Assembly (NCBI GenBank): GCA_017650375.1
Contig: JAGCFA010000042.1
Location: 1-34,468, forward strand
DNA length: 34,468 nt
Source of the DNA: Alphaproteobacteria bacterium
Lineage (GTDB): Bacteria > Pseudomonadota > Alphaproteobacteria > CAAHEQ01 > UBA3637
Direction of reading: 5' to 3'
Part shown: in pieces, positions 14,252 through 24,474 of the stretch
Position numbering within the stretch: the first letter of the stretch is position 1
Layout: each line of letters starts with the position of its first letter
Notes under the pieces: model-generated
Database searches by the model: none
What the model saw: only the letters and a program-made list of their open reading frames with translations
Told to the model about the DNA's origin: nothing
Position numbers and translations under genes: made by a program

Positions 14252-16150
14252 TTACTTTTTAACCTCTTCATAATCTGCATCAACCACATCTTCCTTTTTT
14301 TCTTCTTGAGGTTGGTCGCCAGCGGGGTTCGGATTGCCTTGGGCTTGCTGAGCTTTATACATCGCTTCACCCATTTTCATGCTGGCGTTTTGAAGGGCCT
14401 CTGTTTTATCTTTGATCTTTTGTGTATCATTGGATTCAATGGCTTCCTTCAAATCTTTGATGCAGGTTTCGATTGCTTCTTTGTCCGCTGCTGGAATCTT
14501 ATCGCCATTTTCTTTCAGCATCTTTTCGGTACTGGCGACCATTGCATCCGCGTGGTTCTTGGCATCCGCAGCCTCTTTGAATTTCTTATCTTCTTCGGCA
14601 TGCGCTTCAGCATCTTTCACCATTTTTTCAATGTCAGCGTCAGAGAGTCCACCAGAAGATTGAATCCGGATGGATTGTTCTTTGCCTGTTGCTTTATCTT
14701 TGGCCGACACATTCACAATACCGTTGGCGTCAATATCAAAGCTGACTTCAATTTGTGGCATGCCACGGGGAGCAGGAGGAATTCCCACCAAGTCAAATTG
14801 ACCCAACAATTTGTTATCTCTGGCAATTTCACGTTCTCCTTGGAACACACGAATTGTGACGGCTGTTTGACCATCTTCGGCTGTGGAGAATACTTGTGAT
14901 TTCTTTGTCGGAATGGTGGTGTTGCGGTCAATTAAACGTGTAAACACACCACCCAAGGTTTCAATACCCAAGGAAAGCGGGGTTACATCCAACAACAACA
15001 CATCCTTCACATCACCTTTTAACACACCGCCTTGGATAGCAGCACCCATGGCCACCACTTCATCAGGGTTCACGCCCTTATGGGGTTCTTTACCAAAGAA
15101 GTCTTTTACGATTTTTTGAACCGCAGGCATACGGGTCATACCACCCACTAAGATCACTTCATCGATTTGGTTTTTACTAAGGCCGGCATCTTTCAAAGCA
15201 TTTTCCATTGGCTTTTTGGTGCGTTCTAACAAATCTTCTACCAAGCTTTCCAATTTAGCACGGGTGAGAGAAATGTTCAAATGCTTTGGTCCTGTAGCAT
15301 CAGCCGTAATAAACGGTAAATTCACATCGGTTGTAGTGGCTGTTGAAAGCTCAATCTTGGCCTTTTCGGCAGCTTCTTTTAACCGTTGCAAAGCCATGCG
15401 GTCTTCACGCAAGTCAATGCCGTTTTCTTTTTTGAATTCTTCAGCCATGTAATCCACAATGCGGGCGTCAAAGTCTTCCCCACCCAAGAAGGTATCTCCG
15501 TTGGTGGATTTCACTTCAAACACGCCATCGCCGATTTCCAAAATAGATACGTCGAAGGTACCACCGCCCAAGTCATATACAGCGATCATCCCTGATTTTT
15601 TCTGATCCATCCCGTAAGCCAAAGCGGCTGCGGTAGGTTCGTTAATAATACGCAATACTTCCAAACCAGCGATTTTACCCGCGTCTTTAGTGGCTTGACG
15701 TTGGCTGTCATCAAAGTAAGCCGGCACCGTAATAATGGCTTGGGTCACTTTTTCGCCCAAATAACTTTCGGCATCTTCTTTTAATTTTTGTAACACATAA
15801 GCGGAAACTTGGCTGGGGGCATATTTTTTGCCTTCTACCTCTACCCAAGCATCCCCGTTTTCACCAGAAACGATGTGATAAGGCACCATCCCTTTATCTT
15901 TTTCCACCATTTTGTCATTAAAACGACGTCCGATTAAACGTTTAATAGAATAAAGCGTTCCAGTTGGATTCGTCACAGCTTGACGTTTAGCCACTTGTCC
16001 CACCAGGCGTTCGCCCTTGCTTGTAAAGGCCACGATAGAAGGGGTTGTTCTGGCGCCTTCACGGTTTTCTAACACTTTGGCATCTTTGCCATCCATAATG
16101 CACATACAGGAATTGGTGGTTCCCAAGTCGATTCCTAAAATTTTACTCAT
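14252..16150 (-). CDS. dnaK: Chaperone DnaK (Hsp70)
   Basis: Unmistakable Hsp70 motifs: [25 protein letters not shown]. 632 aa, alphaproteobacterial flavour. Confidence 0.99.
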   Translation of the reverse strand: MSKILGIDLGTTNSCMCIMDGKDAKVLENREGARTTPSIVAFTSKGERLVGQVAKRQAVTNPTGTLYSIKRLIGRRFNDKMVEKDKGMVPYHIVSGENGDAWVEVEGKKYAPSQVSAYVLQKLKEDAESYLGEKVTQAIITVPAYFDDSQRQATKDAGKIAGLEVLRIINEPTAAALAYGMDQKKSGMIAVYDLGGGTFDVSILEIGDGVFEVKSTNGDTFLGGEDFDARIVDYMAEEFKKENGIDLREDRMALQRLKEAAEKAKIELSTATTTDVNLPFITADATGPKHLNISLTRAKLESLVEDLLERTKKPMENALKDAGLSKNQIDEVILVGGMTRMPAVQKIVKDFFGKEPHKGVNPDEVVAMGAAIQGGVLKGDVKDVLLLDVTPLSLGIETLGGVFTRLIDRNTTIPTKKSQVFSTAEDGQTAVTIRVFQGEREIARDNKLLGQFDLVGIPPAPRGMPQIEVSFDIDANGIVNVSAKDKATGKEQSIRIQSSGGLSDADIEKMVKDAEAHAEEDKKFKEAADAKNHADAMVASTEKMLKENGDKIPAADKEAIETCIKDLKEAIESNDTQKIKDKTEALQNASMKMGEAMYKAQQAQGNPNPAGDQPQEEKKEDVVDADYEEVKK

Positions 16151-16203
16151 TTTTTGCTCCTTTTTTATTAAAATTGATACAATTTTTTTACTTGATGAAC
16201 TTC

Positions 16204-16231
16204 ATATAGGACATAAAATCATATTTTTCAA
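16204..16231 (-). promoter_or_regulatory. Putative RpoH (sigma32)-type heat-shock promoter for dnaK-dnaJ
   Basis: The - strand reads aTTGAAA-N15-CCTATAT. This resembles CTTGAAA / CCCCATNT (E. coli) and CTTG-N17-18-CYTATNT (alphaproteobacteria). It lies about 50 nt upstream of the dnaK ATG. Confidence 0.4.
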
Positions 16232-16299
16232 TGGGCAAATTTTCTTTTTTCATTGATTTTTTATATTTTTTTGCTAAACTGGACAAAAAGGAGTTTTAT

Positions 16300-17865
16300 A
16301 TGTTACATCAAATATGGACAACATTTATTGATTTTTTTGGAAAAAATGGCGCAGAATGTTTAGGATATTTTGTGATGGCGCTGTGTTTTGGTATGTTTTT
16401 CTTGCGTTCTACTCAGAAGAGGCGATTTCATTTAATTTCTTCAGCCTGTTATGTTTTGGCAACGGGGGCATTTTTGCAGGTTATTTTTCCGATTTTAGGT
16501 TTGTTGAATCCACATTTTACATTCTCTGAAAAAGGCTATCAATTAATTCAACTTGTTTTTGTTTGTTCTGGCGCCTCTTTGGTTTGGTCTAGTGTATTTG
16601 TAAATGTTTTGGGTTTCTCTGCGTTGATTGGGATTTCTATAGCTTTTTTCCTTTTGCAAGGAACATTGGTTTATTTTGTCCAACCGATTGTTCCTGCTAT
16701 TAACTTGAGCTATGTTCTGTTAACATTATCGTGGATTGTGGCGGGTTTGTCATTTCATTTTTTACAAGCAGGTGGCAAGACATCTTTGTTTGGAACCGTT
16801 GGGGACGCCTTCTTTGTTTTGTCTCTTTATTATATAGCACGTGAATTGGGGATATCTGGAACGGTTTGGTTCCCCATCATTGTGTTTGGTGGAAGTTCTG
16901 TGGTTGTTTTGATGGCACAAATTAAGTTTATGGAAGCAACTTGCGTTGGTTTTGAAGCTAATTTAAAAAAAGAAAAAGAACGCAGGACCCTATTTTGGGA
17001 CATAGCCCCTTTTCCTATTTTGGTTTCGCGCCTGCTGGATGATTCTGTTTTGTACATTAATCCGCGTGCACAAGAAGTGCTTAAAGTATCAAATAATGAA
17101 ACTTCTCAATTTCACCTAAATGATTATTTTATTGACAAAACAAAACGAGAAGAATTAATAACGCGGGCACGCTTGGATAAAATTGTTAATCACTTTGTTG
17201 TTCAGATGAAATCCCCAAGAACATTGGAAGATATGTGGCTTGATTTATCTGCAAGAGTGGTGGAATTGGATGGAGAATTGGCTTTATATATGAATCTGCA
17301 GAATATCACGGCCCAAAAACAAAATGAAGAAAAATTATTTAAACAAGCCTCTACGGATGCTTTGACAGGGCTTTATAACCGGCGTCAGTTTGAAGCAATG
17401 AGCTCGATGGCTTTGGCTAATTGTATTCGCCAGAAAAGACCCTATTGTGTAATGATGTTGGATATTGATCATTTTAAACATGTCAATGATACTTATGGGC
17501 ATGATAAAGGGGATCTCGTGTTGCAAAAAATAGCAGATGTTTTACGTCAGACGCACAGGGCTTCAGATGTTATTGCTCGTTATGGTGGGGAAGAATTTAT
17601 TTTCTTCTTAACAAATACGGATATTGAAGGTGCTAAAATAGCTGCAGAGCGCGTCAGATCAGCTGTTGAAAAAACAGTAATTATGGCGGATGATAAACAA
17701 ATTCCTGTTACGATAAGTTTGGGAATCAGCGCGACTCAAAATGGAGATATTTATGCGATGACCAAAGAAGCAGATATTGCGCTTTATCATTCTAAAGAGG
17801 GTGGTCGTAACCGTTATACTGTTTTTAGTGAAGAAATGCGACAAGAAGAAGGGGAAAATGCATGA
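16300..17865 (+). CDS. Membrane-anchored diguanylate cyclase (multi-TM N-terminal domain, PAS-like domain, GGDEF domain)
   Basis: The likely start is ATG 16300 after AAGGAG. About 7 hydrophobic helices, then a PAS-like segment (ILVSRLLDDSVLYINPRAQEVL). GGDEF domain with DALTGLYNRR, an active-site GGEEF and an intact I-site (RASD, five residues upstream). Expected family is PF00990. Confidence 0.9.
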   Translation: MLHQIWTTFIDFFGKNGAECLGYFVMALCFGMFFLRSTQKRRFHLISSACYVLATGAFLQVIFPILGLLNPHFTFSEKGYQLIQLVFVCSGASLVWSSVFVNVLGFSALIGISIAFFLLQGTLVYFVQPIVPAINLSYVLLTLSWIVAGLSFHFLQAGGKTSLFGTVGDAFFVLSLYYIARELGISGTVWFPIIVFGGSSVVVLMAQIKFMEATCVGFEANLKKEKERRTLFWDIAPFPILVSRLLDDSVLYINPRAQEVLKVSNNETSQFHLNDYFIDKTKREELITRARLDKIVNHFVVQMKSPRTLEDMWLDLSARVVELDGELALYMNLQNITAQKQNEEKLFKQASTDALTGLYNRRQFEAMSSMALANCIRQKRPYCVMMLDIDHFKHVNDTYGHDKGDLVLQKIADVLRQTHRASDVIARYGGEEFIFFLTNTDIEGAKIAAERVRSAVEKTVIMADDKQIPVTISLGISATQNGDIYAMTKEADIALYHSKEGGRNRYTVFSEEMRQEEGENA

Positions 17866-18152
17866 GTCGGATTTCTTTTTTTAAAGTTATTCCTTTGGTT
17901 TCTGTATTGATTACGACTTACTTTTTTTATCACGGTATTTATGGAAACAGAGGCTTTTTGAGATTGGAACAAATTCATCAAGAATATGCCAATGAACAAA
18001 AGATCGCTCAAAATATTTCAGCTGAGAAAAATATGTTGCAAAAAAAAGTTAAAGCCTTACAAAATGGAGCACCTGATTTAGTCCAAGAAGAAGCCTTACG
18101 CGTTTTGAATATGGCTGAGGAAGATAATTTAATCGTATTGGAGAGTAAATAA
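17862..18152 (+). CDS. ftsB: Cell-division protein FtsB/DivIC family (septum formation initiator)
   Basis: 96 aa with an N-terminal TM helix (VIPLVSVLITTYFFYHGIYG), a coiled coil, and a C-terminal ...DLVQEEALRVLNMAEEDNLIV motif typical of FtsB. Its ATGA start overlaps the stop of the upstream cyclase gene. Confidence 0.7.
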   Translation: MSRISFFKVIPLVSVLITTYFFYHGIYGNRGFLRLEQIHQEYANEQKIAQNISAEKNMLQKKVKALQNGAPDLVQEEALRVLNMAEEDNLIVLESK

Positions 18153-18526
18153 TTGATGCAGGCTGGGACCATTCATTTTCTTTTTATCTTCCCATGTTTG
18201 TTTTTTTAGCTGCGGATCATTTAAAAACTTTGTTTGATGAAAATTTTTTATAACAAATAGACGATCTTTTCTTTCTGTGTTCTTTCTTTGAATCCATTCA
18301 ATCATATCATCAGTATCATAACAATTTTTTATTTGATAATGTTCTAAGGCCTATCTTTTTAAAAAGGATCAAAATAAATATACCCGCGTGAGGATATATT
18401 TTGGGGTAAAATATGATGTTCTTGCTCGTAAACAGGATGAGTCAGCTCTCCTGTTGTTTTTCAAATATCTACAAAAGGTGTAGGGTTATTATCCTTGTAA
18501 TAAACACTATATTTGACTTGCATCAT
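18129..18526 (-). pseudogene. Decayed gene remnant downstream of ampG (in-frame stops plus a frameshift)
   Basis: On the - strand, ATG 18526 overlaps the ampG stop (ATGA coupling). Translation gives MMQVKYSVYYKDNNPTPFVDI, then TGA (18463-18461). The same frame continues KTTGELTHPVYEQEHHILPQNISSRGYIYFDPF, then TAA (18361-18359). A different frame then reads ALEHYQIKNCYDTDDMIEWIQRKNTERKDRLFVIKNFHQTKFLNDPQLKKQTWEDKKKMNGPS... to a stop at 18131-18129. The text looks protein-like but the frame is broken. Confidence 0.35.
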
Positions 18527-19764
18527 TTTTTCTCAAACAATCTATCACAATATTTTAAAATGCATAGCGCTGGGATCATTAAGATACCAGTGAACCCAAA
18601 GAACAAAGGCCAGCCCATAAACTTGGCTAAAAATCCGCCTGAACTGGCAATGACCGAGAGCGGTACCATGTTGAGAGCGGTTAAAAAGGCGTACTGTGTG
18701 CCTGAAAATTTCCGATTGCAAAGGGTAGATAAATAGGCAACCCACACAGCACCGCCCATTCCAGCCAAGATGTTATCAAACAAAATGACGGCAAAAAATA
18801 AAGGCATACTGGGGCCAACCAAAGCCAATCCCGCAAAGGCGAGAGAGGTGAAAATTTCAACAAAGCCTAAACAGAAAAGCAATGGGCGATAGGCATACTT
18901 CAGCATAACTATCCCCCCTAAAACCACACCAAACATGGTAACAAAAACACCAAAAGTACCTGATACGATTGAAATTTGTTCTGCCGAAAAACCCACATCA
19001 TAATAAAAAGGATAAGCCATCGGGCCCAAAACACCATTACATAGTTTATAAGCTACAACGAACAAACACAACAGACCAAAATGTTTATTGCGCAAGATAA
19101 AATCTTTGAACGGATCAATAATCAATTCTTGGAAATTAACAGGCTTGATTTCGGCTTTTTTCTCACGTACAAAACACAGCGAAATAAATCCTAATACGAT
19201 GGAAATGATGGAAATTTGATAGGCCGTTTGCCATGACACATGGGCAGATAAAAAGATCATGCCAGCCACAGCCCCCAACATCCCAATACGCGCGCCGATT
19301 TGATAGGCAGAAGTTCCTTCTTTTAATTCGTCCCCTTCCAACGTGTCAATTCTCAGGGCGTCAATCACAATGTCTTGCGTGGCAGAAGCAAACGCAATCA
19401 TCAAACACACAGCAAAAACGCTTGTTAAATTTTGTGTTGGACTGGAAAGTGATAGAACAAACAGACAACACATCAACAAAATTTGTGTGAGAAGTCCCCA
19501 AATTTTTTTGCGTCCGAAACGTGTTGCACCAGGTAAATTAATGCGGTCAATAAAGGGTGCCCATAAAAATTTTAAAGTATAAGGAATCAGAACCAACCCA
19601 AACAAGCCAATTTTTCCCAAATCCACGCCTTCGGTGCGAAACCAGTATTTTAACGTTCCTCCGATTAAATTAACAGGCGCTTGACTGGCTAAGCCTAGCC
19701 CCAAAAATGGCCAAATGTTCCCTTTAGTAGACAAGGTTTTTAATTTTGATAAAACTGATTTCAT
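18523..19764 (-). CDS. ampG: AmpG-family MFS muropeptide permease
   Basis: 12-TM MFS protein with the AmpG N-terminal signature ...LKYWFRTEGVDLGKIGLFGLVLIPYTLKFLWAPFIDR. Confidence 0.85.
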   Translation of the reverse strand: MKSVLSKLKTLSTKGNIWPFLGLGLASQAPVNLIGGTLKYWFRTEGVDLGKIGLFGLVLIPYTLKFLWAPFIDRINLPGATRFGRKKIWGLLTQILLMCCLFVLSLSSPTQNLTSVFAVCLMIAFASATQDIVIDALRIDTLEGDELKEGTSAYQIGARIGMLGAVAGMIFLSAHVSWQTAYQISIISIVLGFISLCFVREKKAEIKPVNFQELIIDPFKDFILRNKHFGLLCLFVVAYKLCNGVLGPMAYPFYYDVGFSAEQISIVSGTFGVFVTMFGVVLGGIVMLKYAYRPLLFCLGFVEIFTSLAFAGLALVGPSMPLFFAVILFDNILAGMGGAVWVAYLSTLCNRKFSGTQYAFLTALNMVPLSVIASSGGFLAKFMGWPLFFGFTGILMIPALCILKYCDRLFEKK

Positions 19765-19835
19765 ATTTTCCTTTCAAAAGATTTATAATATTTGCATCCA
19801 GTATACACTTTTATTTTATAATTTTCTATTTTTTT

Positions 19836-21728
19836 TTAATTTAACTGCTTATATATCAGAGCCTGATTTAACCTTTTATGGATGACTCTCTTTTTATGAC
19901 TTCTAAGTCCCTTTAGTAATTTTTGTTTTTCTTCCCATTGAATTGCTTGAGGATCCAGTTTTAAGGGTTTTTGAGATGCTTTAAATAAATCCAAAACGGG
20001 GCCTTTTTGCCTCTTTAATTCTTCGGGTGTCCCGTCTTGGATAATAGCACCATCTTTCAAATAAATAATCCTGTCAGCAGATTCAATCTCACGTACATCA
20101 TGTGTTACAACAATAACCGTTTTATCCTTGGCAATACGTTGTAAGTTATGCCAAATACGGCGTTTATTATTTTCATCTAAATTAGCGGTGGGTTCATCGT
20201 AAATAATGATTGGCTTATCTTGTAAAAAAGATTCTGCAATATTTTCCCGTTGTTGTTGTCCCCCAGAAAGTTCATTCATTTTTTTATTTTCATATTCATC
20301 AGGTGAAATTTCACCATCTAGCGCTGCTCTATGCAAAGCTTTCCTGATGGAATGAGAATCCGCTAAAGAAGAAACGCTCATCAGATTTTCCTTCAATGTC
20401 CTATGTGAAAAGAAATCTGGGCGCTGATTAACAATGGCGATTTGTTGCTCTAAATACCCTTTTGGTAGTTGTGTTAAAGGTACACCATCTAATAAGATAT
20501 TTCCATCGCCTTCTCGTGTGTGTTGTAATAATTTTAATAGGGTTGATTTTCCTGAACCACTGGGGCCGGTGATCACAGTTACACCATTTCCCAAGGATAA
20601 GTTAATTCCCGTTAGGGCTGGTTTTGGGGGCTCTGCGGGGTAGGTATAGCTTACATTTTTAACCTCTATTTTCCCTTGGACTTTTTGTGGGGTTACATCA
20701 CCATAAGTCAAATCGTGGGATTTATCGTATTGTAAATCTTTTTCTGTGTTGCGCCAAGAATCAAAATTTTCTTTCATACGTCCCCACATATTTGTGATAC
20801 GACCAGCTGAAAACATCATAGCTGATGAAGCAGACATCAACGCCATTGCCATCCCGATATCACCAGACTGAACGGCTTTTACACCAGACCAAATACCTAT
20901 TCCTATATAAGCCGTGGTGGATAAAGCCAATTGGAGTGCCCTATTTAATCTGAAACGACGATTGCGTTTATCTAAAACATCATTTGCTTGTCGTGAAAGT
21001 TTTTCTAATTGTTCAATTTCTTCTTTTTCTCGCCCTAAATTTTTAACGCGTTGATAATGTTGGACAACATCTACTTGGCGTGCTGAATATTGTTTATTTG
21101 TTTGACGAAATTCTTCGTTTGGCTGTTTATTTGATTTGGCGTTTTTGTATGTTAGATAGCCATTGAGGGTACATGTAGCCAAAGCGGTTGCGCCAATGGC
21201 TGGGTCAAGTGCTGTCGCTAAAATAGCCGAACTAAGAGCATAAGGGATTTGAAAGGTAAGAGCGCTGGTATCATTCAGTAGTTTTGTTGCATAAGAAGCG
21301 CTCTGATTTGCACTTTGTGATAGTTCAACGGATGGCTTTTTTTGTGCTTCCTCAGGAATGTTGGCAGCTTGCTGCGTTTTCTTTAAAGCTAATGGTCTTT
21401 CTGTTGAAAAATTAAAAGAATCCCAAGCTGTAGCAATATAAGTATCCACAAAACCATCAAGTCCCTTAAGGGCGCGTTCCATGGTTATAGCTCCAAAATA
21501 GGTTGCTCCTAAGGCGCCTCTTCCAATGGCTGCTGTTAAAGCGTTAATAGACCATCTGGATGCTAATGGCATTCCAATACCACATAAAATAGAACTGGCG
21601 GCCATTGCACCGTTTAAAATAAAAAACTTTTTCTTGTTGTCTTTTAATAAATTTTGCTTATAAAAGAGATAAAGTTCTTTCACTGTTTTAGAAAAAGTTT
21701 GTGAATCTGTATTTTCTTTATTTGGCAT
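19836..21728 (-). CDS. Fused TMD-NBD ABC exporter (half-transporter), substrate unknown
   Basis: The C-terminal NBD has Walker A GPSGSGKST, a Q-loop, signature LSGGQQQR, Walker B IIIYDEPT and H-loop VVTHD. The N-terminal ~350 aa has about 6 hydrophobic helices interrupted by hydrophilic/coiled-coil inserts. A ~60-aa basic C-terminal tail follows. Confidence 0.9.
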   Translation of the reverse strand: MPNKENTDSQTFSKTVKELYLFYKQNLLKDNKKKFFILNGAMAASSILCGIGMPLASRWSINALTAAIGRGALGATYFGAITMERALKGLDGFVDTYIATAWDSFNFSTERPLALKKTQQAANIPEEAQKKPSVELSQSANQSASYATKLLNDTSALTFQIPYALSSAILATALDPAIGATALATCTLNGYLTYKNAKSNKQPNEEFRQTNKQYSARQVDVVQHYQRVKNLGREKEEIEQLEKLSRQANDVLDKRNRRFRLNRALQLALSTTAYIGIGIWSGVKAVQSGDIGMAMALMSASSAMMFSAGRITNMWGRMKENFDSWRNTEKDLQYDKSHDLTYGDVTPQKVQGKIEVKNVSYTYPAEPPKPALTGINLSLGNGVTVITGPSGSGKSTLLKLLQHTREGDGNILLDGVPLTQLPKGYLEQQIAIVNQRPDFFSHRTLKENLMSVSSLADSHSIRKALHRAALDGEISPDEYENKKMNELSGGQQQRENIAESFLQDKPIIIYDEPTANLDENNKRRIWHNLQRIAKDKTVIVVTHDVREIESADRIIYLKDGAIIQDGTPEELKRQKGPVLDLFKASQKPLKLDPQAIQWEEKQKLLKGLRSHKKRVIHKRLNQALIYKQLN

Positions 21729-21824
21729 TATTAATCCTTTAAGATAACAAATTATACACCCTTATGCAGAGTATATACATTTTATTTCAAAGTTGCCACA
21801 ATTTTTTTCAAAAATTTTATTTTT

Positions 21825-23642
21825 TTATAACCGTCCACGTTCAAATTTCCGACGTTCGTTGGAATCTAGATATTTTTTACGCAAACGAATGTGCTTGGGG
21901 GTTACTTCCACCAATTCGTCATCAGCAATATAAGAAAGAGCGGCTTCTAAAGGCATCTGTGTTGGAGGCACCAAAGCCACTGCCTCATCTTTGCCAGCAG
22001 CACGCATATTAGTCAGTTTCTTTCCCTTAATGGGGTTCACTTCAATATCGCCCATTTTGGCATTTCCACCGATAATCATCCCAGGGTACACATCTACACC
22101 CGCCCCGATAAATAAGGGGCCGCGTTCTTGAATATACCACAGAGCATACGCCACAGATTTTCCGCTTTCAGTAGAAATCAACACGCCATTGTGACGGGTT
22201 TGGATGTCGCCCTTATAAGGAGTATAGCTGTGGAAAATACGGTTCATCACACCCGTACCACAAGTATCGGTTAAAAATTCACTGTGATAGCCGATAAGTC
22301 CCCGTGAAGGCGCATGAAAAATCAATCTGGTTTTTCCTTGACCCGAAGGTGTCATTTCCACCATTTCAGCCTTGCGTTCACTCATTTTTTGAACCACAAT
22401 ACCGCTGTAATTATCATCCACATCCACAACCACTTCTTCCATTGGTTCCAGCTTTTGTCCGTTTTCTTCTTTGAACAAAACGCGTGGACGGGACACAGAA
22501 AGCTCATACCCTTCACGGCGCATGGTTTCAATTAAAATACCAAGTTGTAATTCACCACGTCCGGCCACTTCAAAGGCATCGGTGGTATCTGTTCTGGAAA
22601 TCCTTAAAGCCACATTTCCTTCAGCTTCTTTTTGCAAGCGATCCCAGATCATGCGTGAGGTTACTTTATCTCCATCACGTCCTGCTAACGGGGAAGTATT
22701 GATGGAAAAGGTCATTGCCAAAGTGGGTGGATCAATGGGTTGCGCTTGCATAGGCTCCGTCACACTTTGATCACACAAAGTATCGGCCACAGTTGCCTTT
22801 TCAAACCCAGAAATGCTGACGATATCCCCAGCGACACCTTCGTCAATTGCTTGGTGTTTCAATCCACGGAAAGCTAAAATCCGGCTGACACGCGCAGTTT
22901 CCACAACTTTTCCATCGCGTGATAAGGCCTTAATCATTTGGTTGGTTTTAACGGATCCTGAAGTAATCCGCCCTGTCAAAACACGTCCCACAAACGGATC
23001 CATGTGAAGTGTTGTAATCAGCATTTTAAAGGGGCCATTTGCGTCCACAACAGGTGCAGGGACATGGTCAATAATTTTTTGGAACAAGGGTTCAATGTTG
23101 ATGCGTTCATCATTTAGGTTTTCAACTGCCCATCCTTCACGACCACTGGCAAATAAAATCGGGTAGTCCAGCTGTTCATCGGTGGCGCCCAAATTGGCAA
23201 ATAAGTCAAAAACTTCGTTGTTGACTTCCATTGGGCGAGCGTCCGTGCGGTCCACTTTGTTGATGACCACGATGGGTTTTAATCCTAATTTTAAGGCTTT
23301 TCCCACTACGAATTTTGTTTGAGGCAAGGGGCCTTCAGCTGCATCTACCAATACAATTACGCCATCCACCATGGACAAAATGCGTTCTACTTCGCCGCCA
23401 AAGTCAGCGTGTCCAGGGGTGTCTACAATATTGATGCGTGTGCCATGCCATTCAACGGAAGTGCATTTTGCGAAGATGGTAATTCCGCGTTCACGTTCCA
23501 AATCACCGGAATCCATGGCGCAGGTGGCGACTTGTTGGTTATCTCTGAAAGTCCCAGATTGCTTTAAGAAAGCATCCACAAAAGTAGTTTTCCCATGGTC
23601 CACGTGGGCGATGATGGCAACATTACGCATATTTTGACTCAT
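21825..23642 (-). CDS. typA: Translational GTPase TypA/BipA
   Basis: [33 protein letters not shown]. 605 aa with EF-G-like domain order and a BipA-specific C-terminus. Confidence 0.97.
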   Translation of the reverse strand: MSQNMRNVAIIAHVDHGKTTFVDAFLKQSGTFRDNQQVATCAMDSGDLERERGITIFAKCTSVEWHGTRINIVDTPGHADFGGEVERILSMVDGVIVLVDAAEGPLPQTKFVVGKALKLGLKPIVVINKVDRTDARPMEVNNEVFDLFANLGATDEQLDYPILFASGREGWAVENLNDERINIEPLFQKIIDHVPAPVVDANGPFKMLITTLHMDPFVGRVLTGRITSGSVKTNQMIKALSRDGKVVETARVSRILAFRGLKHQAIDEGVAGDIVSISGFEKATVADTLCDQSVTEPMQAQPIDPPTLAMTFSINTSPLAGRDGDKVTSRMIWDRLQKEAEGNVALRISRTDTTDAFEVAGRGELQLGILIETMRREGYELSVSRPRVLFKEENGQKLEPMEEVVVDVDDNYSGIVVQKMSERKAEMVEMTPSGQGKTRLIFHAPSRGLIGYHSEFLTDTCGTGVMNRIFHSYTPYKGDIQTRHNGVLISTESGKSVAYALWYIQERGPLFIGAGVDVYPGMIIGGNAKMGDIEVNPIKGKKLTNMRAAGKDEAVALVPPTQMPLEAALSYIADDELVEVTPKHIRLRKKYLDSNERRKFERGRL

Positions 23643-23720
23643 TTTAATATCCTTTTCCCTTTAAAAAATAAGGCGTATTATACCATAAAAGTGTAAGAAA
23701 GTAAAGAATGAAAATAGATA

Positions 23721-23749
23721 TTGACAATATAAAAAATACAAGCTACACT
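23721..23749 (+). promoter_or_regulatory. Consensus sigma70-type promoter placed for a leaderless transcript of the small lipoprotein gene
   Basis: TTGACA (23721-23726), a 17-nt spacer, TACACT (23744-23749), then only 6 nt (ATCCCC) before ATG 23756. No SD is present. Confidence 0.5.
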
Positions 23750-23755
23750 ATCCCC

Positions 23756-23875
23756 ATGACAAAAATATTTTGTATTTTGATTTTGGCTTTGGCAATAGCG
23801 GGATGTGGTCGGATTTCTAAACCACAAGCTCCCAAAGGATCCACATATCCTGAAACATACATTGTCAAAGAATAA
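23756..23875 (+). CDS. Small lipoprotein (39 aa), LptM/YifL-like in appearance
   Basis: MTKIFCILILALAIAGCGRISKPQAPKGSTYPETYIVKE, with lipobox I-A-G-C. It is below the ORF-track cutoff. The antisense 82-aa track ORF covering this region is less plausible. Confidence 0.5.
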   Translation: MTKIFCILILALAIAGCGRISKPQAPKGSTYPETYIVKE

Positions 23876-23883
23876 GGGGGAGA

Positions 23884-24474
23884 ATGAAAAAAAATCATCC
23901 GCCGGCGATGGCGATTTTTGGCAGTTCCAATTGGGATATTGCTGTTAATTGTTATTCTAGGGTTTATAAGACAGGTCAACTGATTGCTCAAAAAGGCTAT
24001 ACCTTGATTTACGGCGTTGGGGATGTTGGGATGATGGGCGCGGCCTATAGCGGGGCTCGTAGTGCTGGTGGTAAAGTGCTGGGTGTTACAATTCCCGTTT
24101 TGTTAAAACGTCAATGTGCTGATCCAAGTATTTTCAAACGTGGAGAGTTGAAACTTGTTAAAACCTTGGAAGAGCGTAAAAAAATCATGGTGACACGTGC
24201 AGATGTGATTTTGGTTGCTCCAGGTGGTTGGGGGACTTTAGATGAAATCGGCACTTTTGGTGTACGCTTTAAAATTGGTGAATGGCCGGCGGTCCCTGTG
24301 ATTTTTTTGAACTATAATCATTATTGGGACGGCTTTTTAAAGTTCATGAAACAAATGGTAAAAGATAAAGCTGTTCGTCCAAACCAAATGGCCTTTGTTG
24401 GATCAATTCGTTCCCCTAAAAAATTATTTACAGAAATTAAGCGTGTCAAAACGCAAATGGAAAAATATCAATAA
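23884..24474 (+). CDS. LOG-family (TIGR00730) nucleotide phosphoribohydrolase / 'lysine decarboxylase-like' protein
   Basis: SD AAGGGGGAG upstream. Motifs IYGVGDVGMMG, ERKKIM and APGGWGTLDEI (the PGGxGTxxE signature). Confidence 0.85.
   Translation: MKKNHPPAMAIFGSSNWDIAVNCYSRVYKTGQLIAQKGYTLIYGVGDVGMMGAAYSGARSAGGKVLGVTIPVLLKRQCADPSIFKRGELKLVKTLEERKKIMVTRADVILVAPGGWGTLDEIGTFGVRFKIGEWPAVPVIFLNYNHYWDGFLKFMKQMVKDKAVRPNQMAFVGSIRSPKKLFTEIKRVKTQMEKYQ

Noticed and set aside
13462-16256. Track ORFs in alternative frames or strands within dnaJ and dnaK (e.g. 13469-13906, 14306-14899, 16017-16256).
   Set aside because: They lie entirely inside unmistakable dnaJ/dnaK coding sequence, so they are typical shadow ORFs.
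18461-18463. In-frame TGA in the remnant downstream of ampG might indicate TGA=Trp recoding (genetic code 4).
   Set aside because: TGA clearly terminates well-conserved genes in this same window at the expected protein ends (e.g. ampG, rpiB, the GGDEF gene), so the standard bacterial code applies and this TGA is a nonsense mutation.
23743-23991. 82-aa - strand ORF spanning the typA-LOG intergenic region.
   Set aside because: It is antisense to a + strand lipoprotein ORF with a promoter and lipobox, and to the LOG gene start that has a strong SD. It has no supporting signals of its own.
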